Source of the DNA: Fibrobacteria bacterium
Lineage (GTDB): Bacteria; Fibrobacterota; Chitinivibrionia; Chitinivibrionales; FEN-1185
Reading direction: 5' to 3'
DNA: 15,738 nucleotides
Assembly: GCA_037447435.1 (NCBI GenBank)
Contig: JBBIGR010000067.1
Coordinates: 1 to 15,738, forward strand
Part shown: positions 1 through 7,569 of the stretch, in pieces
Layout: the number at the start of each line of letters is the position of its first letter
Numbering within the stretch: the first letter of the stretch is position 1
The notes under the pieces: generated by a model
Told to the model about the DNA's origin: nothing
What the model saw: the letters and a program-made list of their open reading frames with translations, nothing else
The model's database searches: none
Position numbers and translations under genes: made by a program

Positions 1-706
1 GTATTGCAATATTCGATCCGTATGATCGACATAATGAATCCAATTTGAAAAAACGAGGCCGGATCGTATTTAAAAACAATGTGTCGGAGGGCATGTTGTT
101 TCTTTTTTGTTGCAATAAAGATGTCATTTCGTCAAGGCCGGGAATTATCAGGCTCATTATCCATTTAACGAGTTCGGTTCTATTGCCCAGCCAACTGCTT
201 AAATGTGCAAAAGCCAATAATGAAGTATTTGTATTGTTTAATTGAGCATCTTTTTTAATTTGGAAAAGATCATTGAGTTTCAAAAGATCGTGTGCAAACA
301 CCTCCGTCCGAATACCATTGCCGAAATAATGTTCGGGACCGAGGCAAATCAAAATTAAACTTGGTTTCATCCCCTGGGAAAACAAGTTTTTTAATCCGTA
401 ATACCAATCGAGATATTGAGTTTGTTCAATTCCCAACCTCTTTATTGTAAAAAGCGAATCTGTTCCTTTTTTTAGTAAATCGAAATCAATTCCATCAAAC
501 ATCAACGAATTACCTATAAGGAGAATTATTGGTTTCCCCAAACTGTCTGTTTTTCGAATTTGTTTTGCATCACAAAGTTCTTTAACGGTTCTGTTTTGAA
601 TTCTGCTTATTCGAGGATATATAAAAAATGCAAAAAGTTCAAGGCTGCCAAAAATAATGCAAATGCATAATAACAAGTAAATGGAGCCTCTTATATAATT
701 TTTCAC
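1..706 (-). CDS. Membrane-anchored SGNH/GDSL-type protein (DltD/AlgJ/PatB-like MBOAT partner); 3' end lies outside the window
   Basis: Hand translation from GTG at 706 is open to the window edge (235 codons): MKNYIRGSIYLLLCICIIFGSLELFAFFIYPR...KPIILLIGNSLMFDGIDF...KPSLILICLGPE... It has an N-terminal hydrophobic anchor and a block-I-like G-N-S motif (Ser at 506-508). AGGA lies upstream of the GTG, and the start is 15 nt after the MBOAT stop. Confidence 0.75.
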   Translation of the reverse strand, partial: MKNYIRGSIYLLLCICIIFGSLELFAFFIYPRISRIQNRTVKELCDAKQIRKTDSLGKPIILLIGNSLMFDGIDFDLLKKGTDSLFTIKRLGIEQTQYLDWYYGLKNLFSQGMKPSLILICLGPEHYFGNGIRTEVFAHDLLKLNDLFQIKKDAQLNNTNTSLLAFAHLSSWLGNRTELVKWIMSLIIPGLDEMTSLLQQKRNNMPSDTLFLNTIRPRFFKLDSLCRSYGSNIAI

Positions 707-721
707 AAAAATTTCCTGTTA

Positions 722-2143
722 TTAAAATTGAAAATATAAAAATGCACTTGGATCAATTCCGCCAAGAACGGATACTACTCCGAACAACACTGCAAGCATT
801 GCGATTCGGGATGGAATTGGCGATTTTTGATAAAAATATTCTTCATCGGCTTTTTCTAATCGTAAATCGATTAATATCAATGGGGCAATAAAAATACAAA
901 GAAAAGTAAATGCAGTTAAGTATTGGTTTCTCCACTGCCAATGAAAAAGCCCGAGCAATATATTAAATCCCTGGTTAATTGTTGTTGCTCGGAAAAATAT
1001 CCAAGAAATACAAACAATGTTGAATATGGCAAATATCTTTCCGATTTTTACAAAAGGATTTTTCTCTTCTGTTTTTAATCCCTTACTTTTGCCAAATATC
1101 TTGCGTTCGATTGCTAATGCGGAACCGTGAATAGCACCCCACAAAACAAAAGTCCAATTTGCCCCGTGCCATAATCCACCGAGCAACATTGTAAGAAACA
1201 AGTTCCTATAGGTTTTTATCTCTCCGTTACGGTTTCCGCCGAGTCCGATATAAAGGTAATCCCTTAACCAAGTACTAAGGCTGATATGCCATCTTCGCCA
1301 AAATTCTTGAATTGACAAGGAGAAGTACGGTTGTCTGAAATTTACCATAAAGTGAAATCCGAGGACTTGAGCACTGCCACGTGCAATACAACTGTATGCA
1401 CTAAAATCAGCATATATTTGGAAGGCAAACGCATAGGTTCCTAATAGCACCGTAACGAAACTCATTTCACCAAATTTTCCCTGAAATACACCATTTGCTA
1501 CTAAAGCGCAATTATTTGCAACAACACATTTTCTAAAAAGCCCTTCAATAATTAGCGCTAACCCATCAAAAAAACGAGACGCATCCCAATTTCTAGGGTT
1601 TTGTACTTGCGGTAATAAATGACCTGGACGTTGAATTGGGCCAGCGATTAAATGAGGAAACAGACTTATGAAAACAGCATATTCAATAAAATTTCTAGAT
1701 GCATTGATTTTGTTATTGTAAACGTCAACGATATAAGCGATTTCTTGAAATGTATAAAAGGAAATTGCTGGCGGTAATGCAATTCGAATCAGTGTTGATG
1801 TGCCCTCAGATGAAAATCCAAAATTATGCAATAGTCCTAATAAGGAATCGGAAAAAAAGTTAAAATATTTGAAAAAACCTAAAAAGGTGAAATTCATTAC
1901 CAAAGACAAAATTAAAAGAGTTCGCCTTTTGTCCCGGTTATTAGTTTCATGAATCCATCTGGCAATTAAAAAGTCAATTGTTGTCGATGCGCCGATAAGA
2001 CCTAAAAACCGCCAATCCCACCAGCCGTAAAAAAAATAGCTTGCTGTAAGCAAAAGCCAATTTTGGGATCTATGTTTGATATTCCAATACAAAAGGACAA
2101 TAATGGACAGAAAAACAAAATATACTACTGAATCAAATGGCAT
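722..2143 (-). CDS. MBOAT family O-acyltransferase, AlgI/DltB/PatA type
   Basis: 473 aa polytopic membrane protein with family motifs: SYFFYGWW, FFKYFNFF, LPPAISFYTFQ, FPHLIAGPI, QIYADFSAYS, NFRQPY, EFWRRWHISLSTWLRDYLYI, GGLWHGANWTF (catalytic His at 1166-1168) and C-terminal FLYFQF. Confidence 0.95.
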   Translation of the reverse strand: MPFDSVVYFVFLSIIVLLYWNIKHRSQNWLLLTASYFFYGWWDWRFLGLIGASTTIDFLIARWIHETNNRDKRRTLLILSLVMNFTFLGFFKYFNFFSDSLLGLLHNFGFSSEGTSTLIRIALPPAISFYTFQEIAYIVDVYNNKINASRNFIEYAVFISLFPHLIAGPIQRPGHLLPQVQNPRNWDASRFFDGLALIIEGLFRKCVVANNCALVANGVFQGKFGEMSFVTVLLGTYAFAFQIYADFSAYSCIARGSAQVLGFHFMVNFRQPYFSLSIQEFWRRWHISLSTWLRDYLYIGLGGNRNGEIKTYRNLFLTMLLGGLWHGANWTFVLWGAIHGSALAIERKIFGKSKGLKTEEKNPFVKIGKIFAIFNIVCISWIFFRATTINQGFNILLGLFHWQWRNQYLTAFTFLCIFIAPLILIDLRLEKADEEYFYQKSPIPSRIAMLAVLFGVVSVLGGIDPSAFLYFQF

Positions 2144-2221
2144 GATCTTTTATCACTCTTTTAAAAAGTTGGATCATTCAGTGGGCACTTAAACAAGCAA
2201 CGACAAAATATTTCATCAAAT

Positions 2222-2250
2222 AAAATAGATATTCAAATATATGTTGTCAA
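2222..2250 (-). promoter_or_regulatory. Putative sigma70-type promoter for the MBOAT-SGNH pair
   Basis: Minus strand reads TTGACA (2250-2245), a 17 nt spacer, then TATTTT (2227-2222), about 80 nt upstream of the MBOAT ATG. Confidence 0.55.
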
Positions 2251-2333
2251 GAATGTTCTAAAAAAACAAATCAAAGGAGGAGAAGGCAGAAATGGAGCAA
2301 GAAACCGAAAATGTCCGAACTAACTTCCAATTA

Positions 2334-3857
2334 TTAATGATGAGAGGTTTGGGAGAATTTACATGAAAAAATCTGTCCTCCTTGTTCCATTCTTGCAACG
2401 AAGATCCCATTGTCATCCAATTTAAACTTTCGATAATATAACCCGGGTTTGGTTACTTTAATAGTATCAGACCACTTAATTCGGCCAGCAACATCAAAAA
2501 TGCAAAATATTATTGTTCCCATATTACGAGTTGAAAAGGTAACCTTTCTTTTCATGGGATCAATTAATAATCCTGTTTTTTCTGTTGCCGAAAGGTAGAC
2601 GGATTTTATAAGTGAAACATCATGATATTCCATTGCGCCAATGTCGCATTTTTTATCACTAACCAAAGAATCCAGCGAATCCTGCGGTGCGCCAGCATCA
2701 ATACCAGGGGACCCCGGTTTCAATGAATAATTGTTTCGATATAAGGTTAATGCCTGAACAAAAGTTTTTGTACCGTAGAGCATCTCTGAATCGGAATAAG
2801 GAATTGGATAGTCTGAATCAGGATTAACTACCACATCTGCCGGCAAAAGCGTTCCAGAAAAAGGTAATGCGTGCTTGTCGTATCCATCAGTTCCAACAGT
2901 TTTTCCAGTAATCGCTATCTGAAAATATCGCTGGTTAACAGATGAGTATAAGTTATAATCGGTATAGGTGATTGAGTTTGCGATATTTTGCTCGTCGTAC
3001 AATCCGCCGCATCGCATGAAAATATTGTTCCTCACAACAACGCCATTCGGCGGTTGGGTTGTCATATGAAAATAAACAGCCTGTCCTGAGCCACGCAAAT
3101 CAAAAGTATTGTTGCGAATTAACGTATTTGACCCATTATTGTCTCCAATAGGCATGATAGCACCATAACATTTACCAATAAAGATATTTCGTTCCAAAAT
3201 AGTATTGTTTTGAATGCCGAACATAAGTTCGTGTGTGTTTGAATCGACTACGCTTCCTGTAGGAACTGCCATAGAAATAAAAACATTACCACGTATAGAT
3301 CCGGAAAAACCACCAGTCACCCAGGTGCCTCCAGACATAATATTATCTTGGATTATGGAACCAGCCGAATAACATGCAACTGTAATAGAATTATTGCTCA
3401 CCGATTGATGTATATAATTTCGACGAATAATTGCCATTTGGTTGGCCCAGCCAATACTTCCGTGAGTAAGTACATTGTCTTCAAAATCCATTCCTGGTAA
3501 TGTTTGCGCCCCTCCACTAAAACCGACTTGGCAAGAATCAATGTGGCAGAATTTCATAATTAGTTTACCATAAGTACTTATGCTTTTGCCAGTGCCGCCA
3601 AAGATGAAAATAGGATTTAGATTGGAACCTTCAAAATCGAGATTCCCGGCTAATGCCGACAAAGTATTTCCGGTTTTAAAGAAAATTTTTGCACCTTCTT
3701 TTACAGTAAGAGTAGCATTGTTTACCGAGATATTTCCGGTAATATAAATTGTATCGCTCCAAATTGCGTTTGCAGTAATGTTCCCCGATTTGTTAACAAT
3801 TGTTGCAAAGGCATGGGCTGAGAGGGCAATTGTTGCAAAAAAAACCAAGAATTTCAT
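2334..3857 (-). CDS. Secreted right-handed parallel beta-helix protein with choice-of-anchor-Q-like motif and C-terminal sorting-like domain
   Basis: ATG at 3857 gives a signal peptide (MKFLVFFATIALSAHAFA); the track start at 3932 is a TTG that adds 25 unlikely residues. Beta-helix-type repeats: IIRRNYI, IIQDNIM, IRGNVF, ILERNIF, LIRNNTF, VVRNNIF. Also YSLKPGSPGIDAG...CDIGAMEY and a C-terminal IFDVAGR...PGLYY...GIFVARM tail. Confidence 0.8.
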   Translation of the reverse strand: MKFLVFFATIALSAHAFATIVNKSGNITANAIWSDTIYITGNISVNNATLTVKEGAKIFFKTGNTLSALAGNLDFEGSNLNPIFIFGGTGKSISTYGKLIMKFCHIDSCQVGFSGGAQTLPGMDFEDNVLTHGSIGWANQMAIIRRNYIHQSVSNNSITVACYSAGSIIQDNIMSGGTWVTGGFSGSIRGNVFISMAVPTGSVVDSNTHELMFGIQNNTILERNIFIGKCYGAIMPIGDNNGSNTLIRNNTFDLRGSGQAVYFHMTTQPPNGVVVRNNIFMRCGGLYDEQNIANSITYTDYNLYSSVNQRYFQIAITGKTVGTDGYDKHALPFSGTLLPADVVVNPDSDYPIPYSDSEMLYGTKTFVQALTLYRNNYSLKPGSPGIDAGAPQDSLDSLVSDKKCDIGAMEYHDVSLIKSVYLSATEKTGLLIDPMKRKVTFSTRNMGTIIFCIFDVAGRIKWSDTIKVTKPGLYYRKFKLDDNGIFVARMEQGGQIFSCKFSQTSHH

Positions 3858-3888
3858 TCTTTGTGACAAAAAATAATCTTTATAAAAC

Positions 3889-3918
3889 ATAATATAAAAT
3901 CTCAAGAAAATATTGCAA
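3889..3918 (-). promoter_or_regulatory. Possible sigma70-type promoter upstream of the 3857 start
   Basis: Minus strand TTGCAA (3918-3913), 18 nt, TATTAT (3894-3889). The region is very AT-rich, so a chance match is plausible. Confidence 0.3.
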
Positions 3919-3928
3919 AAATAACCTA

Positions 3929-5149
3929 TCAATTTGATGGTATCAAAACGATAATATCATCTATATATCGATTGAATACCGGAATTGGAAACGGTCCGCC
4001 AGAACGACAACCATTAAAATTAAATTTTACAGGCAAGTTACATTCAATTGAGTTGGCCTCACCCATGGAATTTGCGCAATCAGCGGAATTAGCTGCAGGA
4101 GGTTGGCTAGGACAACTTGTTACAGGTGTCCCGTTAATTGATTTGAACCATACATTTAGACTGTAATCACCGCCAGCTTCCACATTCATACCGGAATCTG
4201 ACATTTTTACGGAGCCGTTTAGATTGACATTTTGGAGATCAAACATCGTCACCCCATCCTTCCACATTTGAAAAATACCATCATTGCACCCGGCGGAACA
4301 GGTTGTGGTATTCGGACGATATCGAATTTCAAATTGATGCCATTTGCTATCGAAACCAATATATGCATCGGAAGGTTGGGAATAATTATGGTAATAAACA
4401 CCCTGTGGTTCAACAACAAATCTGCCATCAATAGAATTTAATTGTCCAAAGAAATTATTGAATCTATCCATGATAATTTCTTGAAACGGATTGTTAATCC
4501 AAAATCTTCCCACAAACATTTCGGTATTCATTCTTCCAATTGAGTCAAGGAACTCCCAATAAGAAATATAAACCTCTTTTGTTCCCGCCGGCAATGCAGT
4601 ATTCCAAGCGCAAGTAGATCCATTACCATCAACGGTCTTCATCAAACCTTTTGATCCACTATGAGGAGATGTTGTGGATATAGCCCCACTTATCCACTGG
4701 GCAGATGGAACGCTTCCCGATTCAAAATCCTGCGTGACTAAAACCTTCCAACCTGTTGGCGGTGTGCCAAGTGTGGCTGGTGTTTTATTGAAGAGAGTAC
4801 TGGAGATTATAGGAGCTTTTCCATCATCCACTGTTAGTCGAACATAATATTTTCCAGGTTGGGTAAAACTATGGGACGGATTAGGCTGAGTACTGGTTGT
4901 GCCGTCGCCGAAATCCCATTTGTAAGTAAGTGGGTTTTTTGCGGAATCAATGGAACCTGAACCAATAAAATTCAAAACATCACCAGGTTTAATATCTCCA
5001 TGGTAAATAATACCGCTAATCACCGATTTCCCAGCCACATCAATTTTTGCAATGGGAGTTTGATTTTGTGCTTTTACGCAAAGAGTACATAAAAGAATAA
5101 ATAAGCCAAAACGTCGGATGAGACTTTTTATTTTCATAGTTGTACCCAT
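3929..5149 (-). CDS. Secreted PKD-domain protein with C-terminal ConA/LamG-like (polysaccharide-lyase-like jelly-roll) domain
   Basis: Signal peptide (RRFGLFILLCTLCVKA). Clear PKD motif LTYKWDFGDGTTSTQPNPSHSFTQPGKYYVRLTVDDG. QDFESG...WHQFEIRYRPNT...DGIFQMWKDG...YIDDIIV resembles jelly-roll lyase/lectin domains; that domain call is less certain. The start could be the ATG at 5137. Confidence 0.75.
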   Translation of the reverse strand: MGTTMKIKSLIRRFGLFILLCTLCVKAQNQTPIAKIDVAGKSVISGIIYHGDIKPGDVLNFIGSGSIDSAKNPLTYKWDFGDGTTSTQPNPSHSFTQPGKYYVRLTVDDGKAPIISSTLFNKTPATLGTPPTGWKVLVTQDFESGSVPSAQWISGAISTTSPHSGSKGLMKTVDGNGSTCAWNTALPAGTKEVYISYWEFLDSIGRMNTEMFVGRFWINNPFQEIIMDRFNNFFGQLNSIDGRFVVEPQGVYYHNYSQPSDAYIGFDSKWHQFEIRYRPNTTTCSAGCNDGIFQMWKDGVTMFDLQNVNLNGSVKMSDSGMNVEAGGDYSLNVWFKSINGTPVTSCPSQPPAANSADCANSMGEANSIECNLPVKFNFNGCRSGGPFPIPVFNRYIDDIIVLIPSN

Positions 5150-5177
5150 TTTTATTAATCTTGTGTGTAATGCTAAT

Positions 5178-5186
5178 ATTATATCA
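5178..5186 (-). promoter_or_regulatory. Putative extended -10 promoter element
   Basis: Minus strand TGATATAAT (TGn-TATAAT consensus) about 30 nt upstream of the ATG at 5149; AT-rich context. Confidence 0.4.
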
Positions 5187-5266
5187 AAGTACTATTATTA
5201 TTATAAATGTAGCATAAATTAGAAGCTCAGGAAAATTTTATTGTTATCCGGAATTCTATCACTATT

Positions 5267-5692
5267 CTACTTGGCCAACATGATTTTTGTTGTATTTCTC
5301 TGGCCTTGTCGATCCAAAACCATTAAATATAAACCCCTGCATACTCGATCGCCGTGGTTGTTCAAGCCATCCCAATTGGTTCGGTTTAATCCTGGTTCTT
5401 GCGTAGTATTCAACAATCCTCTAACCAAAGAACCTCGAGTATCATAAATGTCAAGTTTAACCTTCTGTTGTTGAATTAAAGGATACATTATTTCGATTTC
5501 ATTTCTTAAATTAGAAAAGTTTGAAATGATTACATTGATTCCATTTGTTGCGGCGTTATTATTTGGGGGAAGTGCGACATTCGTAGTTCCAACCTCTACC
5601 AAAAGTGTAGTGTAATTGGCTGCAGCATTGCATATTCGTGGAAAAGCCAATAATATAATAGTTAAGCTTATTGTGCCAATAGTTTTAATCAT
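5267..5692 (-). CDS. Small secreted FlgD Ig-like / T9SS-CTD-like domain protein
   Basis: 141 aa: signal peptide, short linker, then KVKLDIYDTRGSLVRGL...PGLNRTNWDGLNNHGDRVCRGLYLMVL...TTKIMLAK, matching the FlgD_ig/secretion C-terminal domain pattern. GGGGAG RBS 6 nt upstream of the ATG. Confidence 0.8.
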   Translation of the reverse strand: MIKTIGTISLTIILLAFPRICNAAANYTTLLVEVGTTNVALPPNNNAATNGINVIISNFSNLRNEIEIMYPLIQQQKVKLDIYDTRGSLVRGLLNTTQEPGLNRTNWDGLNNHGDRVCRGLYLMVLDRQGQRNTTKIMLAK

Positions 5693-5737
5693 ATGGAACT
5701 CCCCGTTAAATATATGCCCTAAGACATTTCTTTATAA

Positions 5738-5766
5738 AGTATAAGATTGTGTTCGAATATATGCAA
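5738..5766 (-). promoter_or_regulatory. Putative sigma70-type promoter for the FlgD-Ig/CTD gene
   Basis: Minus strand TTGCAT (5766-5761), 17 nt, TATACT (5743-5738), followed by the GGGGAG RBS (5704-5699) and ATG at 5692. Confidence 0.55.
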
Positions 5767-5814
5767 GAATAAGTTCGTTCAAATGTATTGGGCAATAACA
5801 GGATTATAACTTCA

Positions 5815-7569
5815 TTAAAAATTCGATACATTTGAATTGACAAATACTTTCGCCCGTAGATGTTTTAGACCACTTCTGTTTTTAATAAAAACACCCGGCC
5901 CCGGATTTCGTTCTGCCGGAATTAATCTACCCGACATATCATACGTTTTTTTACAACCAAATATTTGATTTGTCTTGCGAATCGTACCTTTTGACGGTTT
6001 TAACGATGTGTTTGCCATGCTTCCCCAGGCAGTTGTATCGCAAATAGTGCCGGTGTTTGGTGCTCCTGTCGCAATTAAACGAAAATAAAAGGATTGGCCT
6101 GATGGCGGGCTGCTCATGGTTATGGTTTTGACGCTGCCTGCCCGCAAAAGTCCGGTGTTACCTTGATTGGTCACTGTTCCGTTTGTATCGTCTGCAGTAA
6201 AAAGGTAAATTGTTGCCGAATCCTTGTTATCGACAATTCGGTTATTAACCAATACTTCCGGGTAAAGAAAAAGATCGGTAGAAAGAGAGCAACGTACTGC
6301 ATATGAAAGTCCGTTTACGGCCTGCGGAGTTCCGTTTGTAAATAAATAGCCCCTGCAGCCGCGATGAGGATACGGCGATTTGCGTTTGGTAAAAGGATAA
6401 TAGAGACTGTCGACAAGAATCGACTGCGTTGCTGTATTAAACACACTGTCACGTACAATAGTGAACTGATTAATGCCCAAGGGTTTGGCGCCGGCCCAAA
6501 GGCAACTATCCATGACAAAATTAGTGTCGTTCGAAAGACTAATTTCTGCAGAGCCGAGGAAAATACAGTTTTTCCACGCGTCGTTTTTGCTGCTGCCGCC
6601 ATTATTGGTCCACCATATCGAATAATTATGTTTTGCCCATGCCACGCAATTCTGTATTGTCACATTATTGGTAACGATGCCGGGGTTCTGGTGATTGCCG
6701 AACGCTGTTATCACGCCTGAACCGAGGTTGGATTGTGAAAAACAATTAGTCAATAAAGAATTGTTAAGCCCGTCGAGAATGAATGACCCATGTTGATTGT
6801 TAAGAACAGTCACATGCGAAATAGTGTCGTTAAAACCGCATGGATTTACTTGTGTAAAGCCGCTGCCGAACGCATTAATTGTCAGGTTGTTAATCAGTAT
6901 ATGGTTTCCCTTAAAACCAATGCCGTTTTGCGATATTTGGGAGACATTTTGAATAAGGGAATTATTACCAGCGAAAAAGGTAGCATTGGTATCCAAGTAG
7001 CAACTGCGCATTATAATACCATAAGAGTTTTTATCGCTTGTAGAAATATATGCTCCAGGGATTGCCCAATTAATTGAATTTGCGCCCCCAAACGCATAGC
7101 ATCTGTTAAAAGTTAAAACATGATTCGGATAAGTCGAATCTGCCCTGCCAACCAGAATTCCTGCATTATTTCGCCCGCCTTTTCCATTTATAAATGAACA
7201 GCTGTCGAAGATTTCTCCGCCCATGCCTTTAAGCAAAGCAGATGAACCCGTGTCGGTCACTAATAATAGTAACCTGCTTAAATGGAGTGAATCATTGTAA
7301 CAATAAAACATATCACCTATTGAAGCGGACGCACGTAACGTGTCGAAATGTCCTTCCAAACTTTTTACCCAAATACCGGTTTTGGGAAGTAAGGTACTGC
7401 TTACCGAATAGGAAGTATCTTTTCCTGAAGAAAGAACAATTGTGTCATGAGGTTGCGCTGCGGAAATCGCTGCATTAACAGTGGAATAAGTACATGAAGA
7501 ACACACATTTAAAATAGTGGCCTGTAAATTTAAAAAAGAAGCAAAAACAAGGCATGCTATTTTTATCAT
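5815..7569 (-). CDS. Secreted pectin-lyase-fold (right-handed beta-helix) protein with short C-terminal sorting-like tail
   Basis: Signal peptide MIKIACLVFASFLNLQA. Beta-helix N-cap YSTVNAAISAAQPHDTIVLSSG. Repeats IFDSCSF, LTFNRCYA, IIMRSCYL, LLTNCFS, VTIQNCVA, AWKNCIF, VMDSCLW. C-terminal TYDMSGRLI...PGPGVFI. The start overlaps the upstream stop (ATGA at 7566-7569). Confidence 0.75.
   Translation of the reverse strand: MIKIACLVFASFLNLQATILNVCSSCTYSTVNAAISAAQPHDTIVLSSGKDTSYSVSSTLLPKTGIWVKSLEGHFDTLRASASIGDMFYCYNDSLHLSRLLLLVTDTGSSALLKGMGGEIFDSCSFINGKGGRNNAGILVGRADSTYPNHVLTFNRCYAFGGANSINWAIPGAYISTSDKNSYGIIMRSCYLDTNATFFAGNNSLIQNVSQISQNGIGFKGNHILINNLTINAFGSGFTQVNPCGFNDTISHVTVLNNQHGSFILDGLNNSLLTNCFSQSNLGSGVITAFGNHQNPGIVTNNVTIQNCVAWAKHNYSIWWTNNGGSSKNDAWKNCIFLGSAEISLSNDTNFVMDSCLWAGAKPLGINQFTIVRDSVFNTATQSILVDSLYYPFTKRKSPYPHRGCRGYLFTNGTPQAVNGLSYAVRCSLSTDLFLYPEVLVNNRIVDNKDSATIYLFTADDTNGTVTNQGNTGLLRAGSVKTITMSSPPSGQSFYFRLIATGAPNTGTICDTTAWGSMANTSLKPSKGTIRKTNQIFGCKKTYDMSGRLIPAERNPGPGVFIKNRSGLKHLRAKVFVNSNVSNF

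Noticed and set aside
45..245. 66 aa plus-strand ORF
   Set aside because: Antisense to the longer SGNH-like frame, TTG start, no recognisable motif.
722..2143. Assigning algI or dltB and calling the locus alginate or teichoic acid D-alanylation
   Set aside because: No alginate synthase genes or dltA/dltC in the window; family membership does not define the substrate.
3858..3932. N-terminal extension of the 532 aa ORF
   Set aside because: TTG start in AT-rich sequence containing promoter-like elements; the signal peptide begins at the ATG at 3857.
5267..5692. Calling this gene flagellar hook-capping flgD
   Set aside because: Only the Ig-like domain is present, with a Sec-type signal peptide and no flagellar genes nearby.
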